Assembly: GCA_945879015.1 (NCBI GenBank)
Contig: CAMCUO010000009.1
Coordinates: 6,444 to 70,443, forward strand
DNA length: 64,000 nucleotides
Reading direction: 5' to 3'
Source of the DNA: Chitinophaga pinensis
GTDB lineage: Bacteria > Bacteroidota > Bacteroidia > 2-12-FULL-35-15
Under the pieces are notes generated by a model, which saw only the letters and a list, made by a program, of their open reading frames with translations, was not told the DNA's origin and made no database searches. Both the position numbers and the translations under genes were made by a program. Below, in pieces: positions 1-9,096 of this stretch (position 1 is its first letter; every line of letters begins with the position of its first letter).

Positions 1-372
1 GCTATCCATTCCTATTTTTTGATATTCACTTTTAATAAGTAATACTTCCTTAATCTCCATTCCTCTCGCATCCAACGTTAATGTTGATGTTGGGTAGAAA
101 TAAGGTTTTGCTGTAATAGTAGCTTTACCAAACATATATTGTTTGGTCCAATCAAAGCTAACATCTAATTTTGTATGAAGAATATCATTCGTGCGGGTTT
201 CAGAGGCATGATATTGCTCCACTTCTACATTTGAAGAAAAAGCTTGAATGGTGTCCAAGTTCATCACAACCAAATCGTCATCTGCTTGAGTAGATTTTTT
301 AAATAAATTACAAGAAGACAGAATCCCGATAGCAATCGGGACAATAAGAAAAATACGTGTTTTAAAGATCAT
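1..372 (-). CDS. M1-family metallopeptidase (aminopeptidase N-like) lipoprotein, N-terminal 124 codons; gene continues past window start
   Basis: Own reverse-strand translation from ATG at 372-370: MIFKTRIFLIVPIAIGILSSCNLFKK... (lipobox-like ILSSC), then ...HTKLDVSFDWTKQYMFGKATITAKPYFYPTSTLTLDARGMEIKEV. This resembles the N-terminal beta domain of Bacteroidota aminopeptidase N. The frame is open to position 1. It is absent from the ORF track because it is truncated. Confidence 0.6.
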   Translation of the reverse strand, partial: MIFKTRIFLIVPIAIGILSSCNLFKKSTQADDDLVVMNLDTIQAFSSNVEVEQYHASETRTNDILHTKLDVSFDWTKQYMFGKATITAKPYFYPTSTLTLDARGMEIKEVLLIKSEYQKIGMDS

Positions 373-525
373 CACTTTTATTTTAGGAAATCAAAGGTTG
401 TAAAAATAATGCTGATTTCAAACAAATAAATGACAGGCGGTGAAACGAGAGAAAATATAGCCAGAACTCCGATTCCTACCTCTGAGATATTTTGAATCGC
501 GGTTAAATAATAATATATTTGCAAG

Positions 526-1050
526 ATGCTAAAAGTAAAAGTAAACCTGCCTACCGGACAGGCAGACAATCAGAAAGAGCACGTTATTGAGCTCGAAAAC
601 GCAAGTGCTGGAACCATTGATGGCAAGGCATTTGCTTGGGATGTGATTGAAGTAAAGAACGGTAGTTTTCATGTGATAAAAGATAATCGTTCGTACAATG
701 TGGAAGTGATAAAAGCGGATGCTTCCGAAAAAAGTTTTTTGGTAAGCGTGAACGGAAATAAGTATCAGCTGAATGTAAAAGATAAGTTTGATGAGTTGTT
801 GAAGAGTTTAGGATTTGATGATTTAAATGCTAAAAAAGTAAATGAGATAAAAGCTCCAATGCCTGGATTGGTTTTGGATGTGAGAGTTGCAGAAGGAGAT
901 ACAGTTAAAAAAGGAGATGCTATTTTAGTTTTAGAAGCCATGAAAATGGAAAACATTATCAAATCACCTACGGATGGAACCATCAAAAAAATCAATGTAA
1001 AGAAGGGTGTAGCAGTTGAGAAAAACCAGGTTTTGATAAATTTCGCATAG
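526..1050 (+). CDS. Biotin/lipoyl-attachment protein (biotin carboxyl carrier protein-like subunit of an acyl-CoA carboxylase/decarboxylase)
   Basis: 174-aa ORF. The C-terminal biotinyl domain has the canonical EAMKMEN motif (LVLEAMKMENIIKSP) and the flanking APMPG...V.GD.V..G..L hammerhead pattern. Confidence 0.85.
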   Translation: MLKVKVNLPTGQADNQKEHVIELENASAGTIDGKAFAWDVIEVKNGSFHVIKDNRSYNVEVIKADASEKSFLVSVNGNKYQLNVKDKFDELLKSLGFDDLNAKKVNEIKAPMPGLVLDVRVAEGDTVKKGDAILVLEAMKMENIIKSPTDGTIKKINVKKGVAVEKNQVLINFA

Positions 1051-1160
1051 GTTACGGATAGCGAATCTTTTCGAATATTTCGTATCTGTGTTTTCTAAAG
1101 CTGCCAAAAATAATTTTTAACCGTCTAGATTCGTAAAATTCGTTTTATTCGTTATCTGTA
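1051..1160. repeat. Imperfect inverted pair of ATTCGT-word repeat arms filling the BCCP-sod spacer
   Basis: Right arm at 1129-1160 is ATTCGTAAAATTCGTTTTATTCGTTATCTGTAC. Left arm at 1051-1090, GTTACGGATAGCGAATCTTTTCGAATATTTCGTATCTGTG, is approximately its reverse complement. The right arm is nearly identical to 42759-42793. Confidence 0.7.
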
Positions 1161-1173
1161 CAAAACTGAAATC

Positions 1174-1917
1174 ATGAACAATAGAAGAGACTTTATAAAA
1201 AAATCAGCGCTTGCTTTGGCAGCTATAACTGCCGGTTCAGCAATTGGAAACACATTAGGGACGAATGGATTCCTTGAAAGTGCTTTGGTTGACGGAGGAA
1301 AATATACGCTCCCTGCTTTACCTTATGCTTACGATGCTTTGGAACCTCACATTGATAAATTAACAATGGACATTCATCATAGCAAACATCACAAAGCTTA
1401 TGTAGACAACATGAACAAAGCATTGGAAACTGTTGATGGCAATGTGTTGGGAAGTCCTCAAACATTTGAAAATATTTTTGATAAAATAGCAAAATTACCT
1501 GCTGCTTTACGTAATAATGCTGGCGGTCATTACAACCATTCATTATTTTGGTCTTTAATGACGCCCAATGGTGGCGGTGAACCAAAAGGAAAATTAGCAG
1601 ATGCAATTAAAACAACATTCGGTTCTTTTGATGAATTTAAAAAACAATTTGCAGAAGCAGGAATGAAACGTTTTGGTTCAGGTTGGGCCTGGTTGGTAGA
1701 AACAAAAGAGGGAAAATTGGTTATCACCTCAACACCTAATCAGGATAATCCATTGATGAACTTAGAATCAGTAGAAGTAAAAGGGGCCCCGATTTTAGCT
1801 TTAGATGTTTGGGAACACGCCTACTATTTAAAAAATCAAAACAAACGCGCTGACTATATTGCTTCCTGGTGGAATGTGGTGAATTGGGAAACTGCAGAAA
1901 AAATATTTGAGTCCTAG
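1174..1917 (+). CDS. sodA: Fe/Mn-family superoxide dismutase with twin-arginine (Tat) signal peptide
   Basis: 247 aa. The N-terminus [21 protein letters not shown] fits the Tat motif (RRxFxK plus hydrophobic stretch). The mature part has Fe/Mn SOD signatures: [28 protein letters not shown]. Confidence 0.9.
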   Translation: MNNRRDFIKKSALALAAITAGSAIGNTLGTNGFLESALVDGGKYTLPALPYAYDALEPHIDKLTMDIHHSKHHKAYVDNMNKALETVDGNVLGSPQTFENIFDKIAKLPAALRNNAGGHYNHSLFWSLMTPNGGGEPKGKLADAIKTTFGSFDEFKKQFAEAGMKRFGSGWAWLVETKEGKLVITSTPNQDNPLMNLESVEVKGAPILALDVWEHAYYLKNQNKRADYIASWWNVVNWETAEKIFES

Positions 1918-1920
1918 AAT

Positions 1921-2077
1921 TTTCACCACTAAGACACTGAGGTCACTTAGAAAATTTTTAGAGACTTAAGGAAATAAGTAAAAACAAAAACACCCAAATA
2001 AATAATTTGGGTGTTTTTGTTGTAAATAAAACTTAGTGTTCTTAGTGCCTTAGTGGTGAAAAAACTTAGTGGTGAAA
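1921..2077. repeat. 13-bp inverted repeat (TTTCACCACTAAG / CTTAGTGGTGAAA) plus four direct CTTAGTG words flanking the convergent terminator
   Basis: TTTCACCACTAAG lies at 1921-1933. Its exact reverse complement CTTAGTGGTGAAA occurs at 2049-2061 and 2065-2077. CTTAGTG also starts at 2032 and 2041. Confidence 0.8.
1991..2019. terminator. Bidirectional rho-independent terminator between sod (+) and pfkB-family kinase (-)
   Basis: Perfect 9-bp stem CACCCAAAT (1991-1999) / ATTTGGGTG (2005-2013), with an A-run upstream and a T-run downstream. Confidence 0.8.
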
Positions 2078-2078
2078 A

Positions 2079-3002
2079 TTACACCAACGCTATATCAAAC
2101 TGTACTAAATCAACAAACTCTTGTACTCGTCTATCTACTTGACCTTGAGTTAATTCTAATAAATTTTCCGTTCCAAATTTTTCTACACAAAACGATGCTG
2201 TTGCGGAACCAAAGATGATTGCACGTTTCATATTATCGAAAGAAATATCTTTTGTTTCTGCTAAATAACCTATGAATCCACCAGCAAAGCTATCTCCCGC
2301 ACCTGTTGGGTCAAACACATCTTCTAATGGTAATGCTGGAGCAAAGAAAACTTGTGTTTTATCAAATAACAAAGCACCGTGTTCTCCTTTTTTAATAATT
2401 AAATATTTTGGTCCCATCGCCAATATTTTTTGTGCTGCTTTCACTAAAGAATATTCTCCAGAAAGCTGACGAGCTTCTCCATCGTTGATTGCGAGTACAT
2501 CTACCATTGCAATTGTTTCCACTAAATCATTCATTGCAATGTCCATCCAAAAATTCATCGTGTCGAGCACAATTAATTTCGGACGATTTTTTAATTGCAG
2601 AATAACTTGCTGTTGAACTTTAGGAACTAAATTTCCCAACATTAAAAATTCGCAATCTTGGTAGGCATCAGGAACAATTGGATTAAAGCCTTCAAGTACG
2701 TTTAGCTCGGTGGTAATGGTATCTCGACTATTCATATCGTTGTGATATTTCCCTGACCAGAAAAAAGTTTTTTGATCTTTTAAAATTTGCAACCCATCTG
2801 TATCAATATGATGTTTTTTCATCATATCAATGTGTTTTTGAGGAAAATCACCCCCAACAACTGACACTAAATTTATTTTTTTTGTAAAATAAGAGGCCGC
2901 TAAAGAGATGTAAGTGGCTGCACCACCAAGAATTTTATCGGTTTTTCCAAAAGGCGTTTCAATTGCATCAAAGGCGACAGTACCAACTACTAATAAACTC
3001 AT
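2079..3002 (-). CDS. PfkB-family carbohydrate/nucleoside kinase
   Basis: Has the PfkB signature DPTGAGDSFAGGF near the C-terminus and an N-terminal GG dipeptide region (ILGGAATY). I prefer the ATG at 3002 (MSLLVVGTVAFD) over the track start at 3032. Confidence 0.8.
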   Translation of the reverse strand: MSLLVVGTVAFDAIETPFGKTDKILGGAATYISLAASYFTKKINLVSVVGGDFPQKHIDMMKKHHIDTDGLQILKDQKTFFWSGKYHNDMNSRDTITTELNVLEGFNPIVPDAYQDCEFLMLGNLVPKVQQQVILQLKNRPKLIVLDTMNFWMDIAMNDLVETIAMVDVLAINDGEARQLSGEYSLVKAAQKILAMGPKYLIIKKGEHGALLFDKTQVFFAPALPLEDVFDPTGAGDSFAGGFIGYLAETKDISFDNMKRAIIFGSATASFCVEKFGTENLLELTQGQVDRRVQEFVDLVQFDIALV

Positions 3003-3108
3003 GTTATCGATTATTATTAAAATTTCGCGCAAATATATTGCATATTTGCTTTGAACGTGCTAATATTGCACTCCTTTTTCGAAAGGGTTATTAACCAAGA
3101 CAAAAAAT

Positions 3109-3190
3109 TCCCTTTTATCCGCCCAGGCGGATGGTTAGAGTCCCGCAAGTGCGGGATTAATAAGAGGGTCCCTGGGAAAGTCCAGTAAGA
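3109..3190 (+). pseudogene. Decayed tRNA-Asn-like copy 1 (non-functional)
   Basis: Aligns by eye to the real tRNA-Asn at 3292. TCCCTTTTA matches the acceptor 5' half, TGGTTAGAG the D loop, and TTAATAAGAGGGTCCCTGGGAAAGTCCAG the anticodon 3' half, variable region and T arm. The 5' anticodon stem is replaced by the hairpin TCCCGCAAGTGCGGGA (3141-3156). An extra hairpin CCGCCCAGGCGG sits in the D arm. The 3' acceptor strand is not complementary. Confidence 0.6.
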
Positions 3191-3224
3191 ATTGAAAAGA
3201 TTGAAGTAAAAACCAGGTTATAAA

Positions 3225-3275
3225 TTCTCCAGTTCAGCTGGTTGAGTCCCGCATATGCGGGATTAATCAGAAGAA
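3225..3275 (+). pseudogene. Decayed tRNA-Asn-like copy 2 (fragment)
   Basis: AGTTCAGCTGGTTGAG (D-arm-like), then the hairpin TCCCGCATATGCGGGA (3247-3262), then TTAATCAGAAG (anticodon loop/stem 3' half). It has no T arm or acceptor 3' strand. Confidence 0.55.
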
Positions 3276-3291
3276 GACTGTAAAGATAAAT

Positions 3292-3365
3292 TCCCTCTTA
3301 GCTCAGCTGGTTAGAGCATCTGACTGTTAATCAGAGGGTCGCTGGTTCAAGTCCAGCAGAGGGAG
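3292..3365 (+). tRNA. tRNA-Asn (anticodon GTT)
   Basis: Manual cloverleaf: acceptor TCCCTCT/AGAGGGA, D arm GCTC-AGCTGGTTA-GAGC, anticodon arm TCTGA-CTGTTAA-TCAGA (GTT), variable GGGTC, T arm GCTGG-TTCAAGT-CCAGC, discriminator G. CCA is not encoded. Confidence 0.93.
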
Positions 3366-3370
3366 CAAAA

Positions 3371-3396
3371 GCCTCACAGAAATGTGGGGCTTTTTC
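3371..3396 (+). terminator. Rho-independent terminator after tRNA-Asn
   Basis: Stem GCCTCACA / TGTGGGGC (one G.U pair), loop GAAA, followed by TTTTTC. Confidence 0.7.
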
Positions 3397-3778
3397 TTTT
3401 TTAGGTTAAACACATTATCCCTTAAAAGGCACTTTTACCCCTGTAACTTACCAATAACTTACCAATAATTTATTCCTGTTTTAGCCATAAATAACATAAT
3501 ATGGCAACATTAAAACTTACAATTGATGGCTCACGCGCTTACTAGGGAATTCGCTTGCCTTTTTTAGCCCAATTCAAGAGTGCAGAAAGATCGCATTTTA
3601 GCTGCCTCAGACCGAGTTTAATACCCCTCAGGAGTTGGGGCTCAAAGTTTTGTTTCAATTCATTTAATTGATTTTCTAACCCCTTAGTTGCCACCCAGAT
3701 AGTGTCTTTTTTATCTTCGCAAATGATTTTACCTGAATTTACGCCAATCCCTAAAAGCCATCTTCGTAAGTATACTTT

Positions 3779-6280
3779 TTAAAAGGAAAACTTAAAAGAA
3801 GGTTTCACAATAAAGTAATAAACACCCGGATTGTAAACATCGGTTATTCGCCAGATAAAGTCGATTCTTGAAATTTTGAAAATGTTTTCAATCCCAAAGC
3901 CAACTTCATAATAAGGTTCATTTATTTTATTCAGATTTTCGGGAAACAGATAACGAGCATTGTAATTTGCATCACTTATCGTCCCGAAATACCCTTTAGC
4001 GAAAACAAAGTTCCGCCATTTTAATTTATTAATCAGGGGAATTCTATCTAACAACAGACCTTCGATATGTTGTTCCAAATGCACCGAAACATACTGATCG
4101 GAGGCGTACTCCAGAAAATTCATTAAATTAAAGGCATACTCATCCATAATAACGAGCTGATTTGCGAAAGGAAGATCCAAATACGGATAAGGAACCGTGT
4201 TGAATGTTTTACCTGCTTCAATATAATATTTAAAGTAGCCCAATTTCTGAGTTCTGATCTGCTGTTTAAAGGAGATCTTTAGTTTCTGGAAATTGAATTC
4301 TGATCCAAGGGTTTTATCCGCTAATTTCCACTGAACAGCTATGTCGGGAAATTTTTTAAAGGTGTTTTTATAATCGTCTTTATTATAAAAATTGCCATTC
4401 ACATCTTTGTTTTGCCAACTGTATTTTAAGGTAAGATCAATACCTGAAGTAAAATAATTCGAAGTACTATCCAGCTGATTGCTCTCATCCAGAGATTTAA
4501 AAAAACCATTATTTACTGGCGTTATAACAGAATTAAAATAATTTAGTTTAGTTGCAAGTCCGGTTGTCCAGTTATTTTCAAAATAAAGATTAAAATCCCT
4601 CACATAATTTTTGGAGACATTTGTTTGTCCAACCTGAATAAAAGAAGACAATACGTGATCCAATTCGATGTTATTAAAACTTCTGCTGAGTTGTTCAATA
4701 TCATCACGGTAATAAATTCCTAATTTGCTTTTTATTTTTTTTGTTCTGCCAAAATTAAATTCGGGTTTAATTTTATATTTCCATTTTTCATCCAATGTTC
4801 CATAAGCTACATATGTTGACAGTGAAAAAGGACCAGAGAGTTGGTCATTGGTTTTGAAACCCAACTTCATTCTTGATTTTTCGATATTGTTATAGCTGTA
4901 AAAGGAATATACATCGCCGATGTCAATTGACAGAATTGGATAATAACCTGTTGCAATTCCTTTAACAATATTTTTTCTCAATATAAATCGGGGATCATCC
5001 TCCAATTTTTCGGCCATTTTAAATACGCCTTTGTCCTGATCAGACAAATCAAAATGACGTGCTTGTTTCCAGTAATCTTCTGATTTGAGAGCTGAACTAT
5101 CCGATTCAACTACAATGCTGCTTCCTTTGAAGATCTTTTTAGGTAAAACAGTATCGATTTGATAATTTGTAAAGCTGGCATTTTTACGACCAAAAAAACC
5201 AGTCAGATCTGAGGAATTTTCTACCACCGTAAAGTCACCTATCACATCCGATTCGGTGAGCATCCAATGGGAAGAAGTCAACCGTTCATATTTTTGGTTG
5301 ATCCAGAAACTACGGACAAAATTAACATTGGCCATGATATCGAACCGAACAGTTATCTCTTTGAGAGCAGCATCCGCGGAATCAATGGTCATTTCTCCAA
5401 TGAAGGCAAGATCTCTTTTCTGCTTCGGCAAAAATGTAATTTTATATACTTTGTCTAAGCCTTTACCGAGACTGTCAGTTAAATAAAATTTATAATTGAA
5501 TTTATAATTATCATTTAACGGACTAGGAAAACTTTTATCTAAAATGGTAACATAATTGTCATAAAAATTGGGTGCCTGATATAGATCTTCCACAAACTTC
5601 ATGATCTTCGGCCCTTCCAAACCGGTTGTATTTACGGCAGTAACATAATCTTTCCTTTCGTTAGGGGAACTCTTATAATAATGTTCCACTACTTTTTCAA
5701 TGAGTAGTACTGGCAAGTAAGTGATTCCATCAGTAGTAGTATCGACATTATTCCAAATAAAATCAAAGGGGCGAAGTAAAATATTCTTCTTTATTTTATC
5801 TGTAAAATGATTCAGATCAAACCGAATTTTCGAATACTCTTCACAGAAATAGTTTACTTTATTATCCGGATTATTCTTTCCTTTATTATCGATAATTCTC
5901 CTAAGTACGCGCCAGGCAGGATTTTCACCAGGCCTTACAACAAACTCATTAAGTTGATAAAATTGCGGTGAAATTTCTACCGTTACTTTTTGACGTTGAT
6001 TAACTTTAAATCCAATCTTTTGAGTGTTATAACCTAAAGAAGAAATAATAAGGGAATCTTCTTTTAAATCAACTGTATTGATCGTAGCTTTGAAATATCC
6101 GGAAGTATCGCTTGTTGTACCTATTTGGGTTCCTTTAAAAAAAATGTGAACAAAAGGAATTGGTTCTTTGCTCCCCTTTTCTAAAATGAAACCTTCAACT
6201 GTGGTGGTCTGAGAATAACCAAACGAAACAATTGACAATAAAGCCACCAAAAAAAATAAACAGCGTTTAAGTAAGGTCAT
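3779..6280 (-). CDS. Large outer-membrane-type protein with N-terminal carboxypeptidase-regulatory-like domain (DUF5686-like family)
   Basis: 833 aa. It has a signal peptide (LFFLVALLSIVSFGYSQ) and a CarboxypepD_reg-like segment (VEGFILEKGSKEPIPFVHIFFKGTQIGTTSDTSGYF). The rest is long, aromatic-rich and predicted beta, ending in an aromatic residue (KPSFKFSF). The family assignment is from memory of similar ~830-aa Bacteroidota proteins. Confidence 0.65.
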   Translation of the reverse strand: MTLLKRCLFFLVALLSIVSFGYSQTTTVEGFILEKGSKEPIPFVHIFFKGTQIGTTSDTSGYFKATINTVDLKEDSLIISSLGYNTQKIGFKVNQRQKVTVEISPQFYQLNEFVVRPGENPAWRVLRRIIDNKGKNNPDNKVNYFCEEYSKIRFDLNHFTDKIKKNILLRPFDFIWNNVDTTTDGITYLPVLLIEKVVEHYYKSSPNERKDYVTAVNTTGLEGPKIMKFVEDLYQAPNFYDNYVTILDKSFPSPLNDNYKFNYKFYLTDSLGKGLDKVYKITFLPKQKRDLAFIGEMTIDSADAALKEITVRFDIMANVNFVRSFWINQKYERLTSSHWMLTESDVIGDFTVVENSSDLTGFFGRKNASFTNYQIDTVLPKKIFKGSSIVVESDSSALKSEDYWKQARHFDLSDQDKGVFKMAEKLEDDPRFILRKNIVKGIATGYYPILSIDIGDVYSFYSYNNIEKSRMKLGFKTNDQLSGPFSLSTYVAYGTLDEKWKYKIKPEFNFGRTKKIKSKLGIYYRDDIEQLSRSFNNIELDHVLSSFIQVGQTNVSKNYVRDFNLYFENNWTTGLATKLNYFNSVITPVNNGFFKSLDESNQLDSTSNYFTSGIDLTLKYSWQNKDVNGNFYNKDDYKNTFKKFPDIAVQWKLADKTLGSEFNFQKLKISFKQQIRTQKLGYFKYYIEAGKTFNTVPYPYLDLPFANQLVIMDEYAFNLMNFLEYASDQYVSVHLEQHIEGLLLDRIPLINKLKWRNFVFAKGYFGTISDANYNARYLFPENLNKINEPYYEVGFGIENIFKISRIDFIWRITDVYNPGVYYFIVKPSFKFSF

Positions 6281-6519
6281 TAATTAAAAATAAGTTCCAT
6301 TAATTGATGCGATAAAAATAGGAAAAAAGAGCTTGATTATGATGAATGTTTCCAATTTCATTCAAAGTCAAATCTCTTTGAAAGTGTTTTATATCGGGCT
6401 TTAAAATAAAATGCATGCCTTATAAATCTGTATATTTGCCTCCCTTAAAGCCATAGACATAAAACGTCAGAAGTGATGTTTGAAAATTGTTTCAGATAAT
6501 TTTAAAATGCGCATTTGAA

Positions 6520-7650
6520 ATGAATATAAAATACAGCAAAAAAAATTACCTTAATTTAACTACTCATACGGCTTTAGGAATGAGTCTGCCCGTTTGGATC
6601 AGGCTGTTGATCAAAAACAAACTTGCGATCGATATTCGCTTTTTACCCAAAGTGCTATTTTTGACAGGCAACATTCTTATAAATATTCCCTTTCAATTAT
6701 ATGAATCCCTCCGTTATAACAGAAAAATTAAAAACACCATTGTAAAAAGTCCGATTTTTATTTTGGGTCATCCGAGAAGCGGAACAACTTATTTACATTA
6801 TGTATTAAGTAAAGATCCCGATTTTTCATTCTGCTCGACCAACGAGGCACTTATCCCGAATACATTTTTAAGCATTGGAAAATTCACGACTAAGATTCTT
6901 GAGATGGCGATGCCCGAAACAAGACCGCAGGACAATGTAAAAGCAGGTGCCGCAAAGCCAAAGGAAGAAGAATTTGCAATGGGAAACATCAGCAGTACCT
7001 CCGTGGTGCACGGCTATTATTTTCCAAAAAGTATTAATAAAGTGTTTGATGAAACAGTAACTTTTGAAAAAGGGGATCCAGACATCCTTTCTCATTGGAA
7101 AGCCAGATTATCCTATTTTGTAAAAAAATTAAGCTATAAACATACTGGCAAAAGAATTTTACTCAAGAGTCCGGCAAACACAGGAAGAGTTAAAGAAATA
7201 CTTGAATTGTATCCGGACGCATGTTTCATTCATATCCACCGCGACCCATTTGAAGTGTATCAATCGAATGAAAAGCTATATGAAAAAATACTTCCTTTAC
7301 TTAGCTTTCAAAAAGTAGAAAATAAATTTATAGAAGACTACATCCTTTATTCTTATGAAAAGATGTACCGAAAATATTTAAAGGAGAGATCAATAATTCC
7401 GGAAAAACAATTGTTTGAAGTCTCTTATTCGGACTTTGTTTCTGCACCCATTGAATGCACCGAAAAAATTTATGCGCATCTGAATTTAGGTGATTTCGAA
7501 AAAGCCCGGCCGTTTTTAAATGAGGAAGTTCAGTCTGTCAAAAATTATCAAAACAATTTATACTCCGGAATGTCTGAAAAAACAAAGAGCCAAATAAAAG
7601 AAAAATGGGCTTTTTTCTTTGACGCCTTCGGATATGACAAAAACAACTAA
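6520..7650 (+). CDS. PAPS-dependent sulfotransferase family protein
   Basis: 5'-phosphosulfate-binding loop GHPRSGTTYLH and a 3'-phosphate-binding element HIHRDPFEVYQS. I prefer the ATG at 6520 (MNIKYSKK); the track start at 6487 is TTG. Confidence 0.8.
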   Translation: MNIKYSKKNYLNLTTHTALGMSLPVWIRLLIKNKLAIDIRFLPKVLFLTGNILINIPFQLYESLRYNRKIKNTIVKSPIFILGHPRSGTTYLHYVLSKDPDFSFCSTNEALIPNTFLSIGKFTTKILEMAMPETRPQDNVKAGAAKPKEEEFAMGNISSTSVVHGYYFPKSINKVFDETVTFEKGDPDILSHWKARLSYFVKKLSYKHTGKRILLKSPANTGRVKEILELYPDACFIHIHRDPFEVYQSNEKLYEKILPLLSFQKVENKFIEDYILYSYEKMYRKYLKERSIIPEKQLFEVSYSDFVSAPIECTEKIYAHLNLGDFEKARPFLNEEVQSVKNYQNNLYSGMSEKTKSQIKEKWAFFFDAFGYDKNN

Positions 7651-7659
7651 AGAATAAGT

Positions 7660-9096
7660 CTAAACTCTTTTTATTTTACCGCTGCCCGTCAACTCAATCT
7701 CATCAACAATCGTAATAAATTGCGGCAACTTGAAAGCGGACAATTTTTTTCTGCAATACATAATCAGTGCTTCCTTGTCAATCTCCTGATTTTTTTCAAC
7801 TTCAATTTCAACAGCAACAACTTCACCCATCAAGGGATGGACCTTAGCAAATGCTTTCGAGTTTTTTACCCCTTTATATGTATTGATCAGCTCCTCGATC
7901 TCATTTGGGAAAACTTTATTTCCCGAAACGTTGATCACATTCTTTTCCCTGCCTTTAATGATTATTAAGCCATCTTTTTTGCGCACAGCATAATCACCCG
8001 TCATGAACCAGCCGTTTATTAATACGTCATTTTTTAAGGTTGGCGGACTCAAATATCCACCAAACATTCCCGGACCCTTTATACCTAAAAGTCCGATCTC
8101 ACCATCAGGCAGGGGATTCATATCGGCATCCAAAATTACAACATCGTAAGCAGGAAGAGCATAGCCGACTGCTTCCGGAAACTCTTTAGAATGTTTCAGA
8201 TTAAGTATCGGTAAACCAATTTCTATAATACCGTATGCCTGACTAACAGGAATTGAATATTTTTTTTCGAAGGAATTACAAATTTCTGCGCTTATAGCAG
8301 TTGTTGTGGAAACAACTTTTGATAAACCGGGAAGCTCAATCGTTTGTGGATAGGACGCTAAAAGCTTAATGTGCATAGGCGAAGCATATAAAAATGTTCC
8401 TTTTTTATCCAGCACACTTTCGATAATACTTTCGGCAAGAAAATTAGTATTAATAATAATTCCAACTCCATACTTTATATATAAAACAATGGAAACAACA
8501 AAATGATATGCCATTGGAAGCACCCAAACAACTCTGTCGTTCTCAGAAAGCTGAAGTTGCTCATTGGCCGCAACAACCCTTTCCAATGCGGAAGTATGTG
8601 AGATCAGGACACCCTTGGCTTTACCCGTAGTGCCCGAGGTAAAACGAATAAAAGCGATATCTTCCACAAAATCAACAACAGGATCTTTTTCAGATCTTTT
8701 TGTTTGACTGATAAAAAGCGGGCTATCAAAAAGCGAAATTCGATTGCAGTTTTCTCCAATAGAAGCATGCTGTTCAGAATCAGAAATAATCAGATGAATT
8801 TTCACCTCCTCTAGTGCGTTGATAATTTCACTTGCTTTTTGCTGATGAGATATTGGCATTGCAACGGCATTACAGCCAACACTTGCATATAAAGAAATAA
8901 TAAAATAACGACTGTTATTAGTGATGATTCCAACACCAATTCCAGAACTTACACCCTTGCTAATCAAATAATCTTTTAGCAGTTCTGTTTGTTCAAATAA
9001 TTCAGAATATGTTAGTGCACCGTATTCATCAAAAATAGCCGTTTGATCGGGCCAGTTTTTTGCTGCATTAATTAATGTGTTATATATATTATTCAT
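7660..9096 (-). CDS. Adenylate-forming acyl-AMP/acyl-ACP (or CoA) ligase
   Basis: ANL-superfamily cores are present: FTSGTTGKAKGV, YGIIE, TGDYAVRKKDGLIIIKGREKNVINVSGNKVFPNEIE, SGKIKR. The ATG at 9096 overlaps the stop of the upstream FAD oxidoreductase gene. Confidence 0.85.
   Translation of the reverse strand: MNNIYNTLINAAKNWPDQTAIFDEYGALTYSELFEQTELLKDYLISKGVSSGIGVGIITNNSRYFIISLYASVGCNAVAMPISHQQKASEIINALEEVKIHLIISDSEQHASIGENCNRISLFDSPLFISQTKRSEKDPVVDFVEDIAFIRFTSGTTGKAKGVLISHTSALERVVAANEQLQLSENDRVVWVLPMAYHFVVSIVLYIKYGVGIIINTNFLAESIIESVLDKKGTFLYASPMHIKLLASYPQTIELPGLSKVVSTTTAISAEICNSFEKKYSIPVSQAYGIIEIGLPILNLKHSKEFPEAVGYALPAYDVVILDADMNPLPDGEIGLLGIKGPGMFGGYLSPPTLKNDVLINGWFMTGDYAVRKKDGLIIIKGREKNVINVSGNKVFPNEIEELINTYKGVKNSKAFAKVHPLMGEVVAVEIEVEKNQEIDKEALIMYCRKKLSAFKLPQFITIVDEIELTGSGKIKRV

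Noticed and set aside
378-569. 63-aa minus-strand ORF overlapping the BCCP start
   Set aside because: It overlaps the well-supported BCCP-like gene and the promoter spacer, and has no motif support.
3397-3778. Possible integrated-element remnant downstream of tRNA-Asn: a short ORF MATLKLTIDGSRAY* at 3502-3546 and a start-less ~85-codon open frame on the minus strand at 3545-3778 (...KIICEDKKDTIWVATKGLENQLNELKQ...)
   Set aside because: There is no integrase, no direct repeat of the tRNA 3' end and no start codon for the longer frame. The fragments are too short to assign. It is worth a BLASTX, but the sequence alone does not support the idea.
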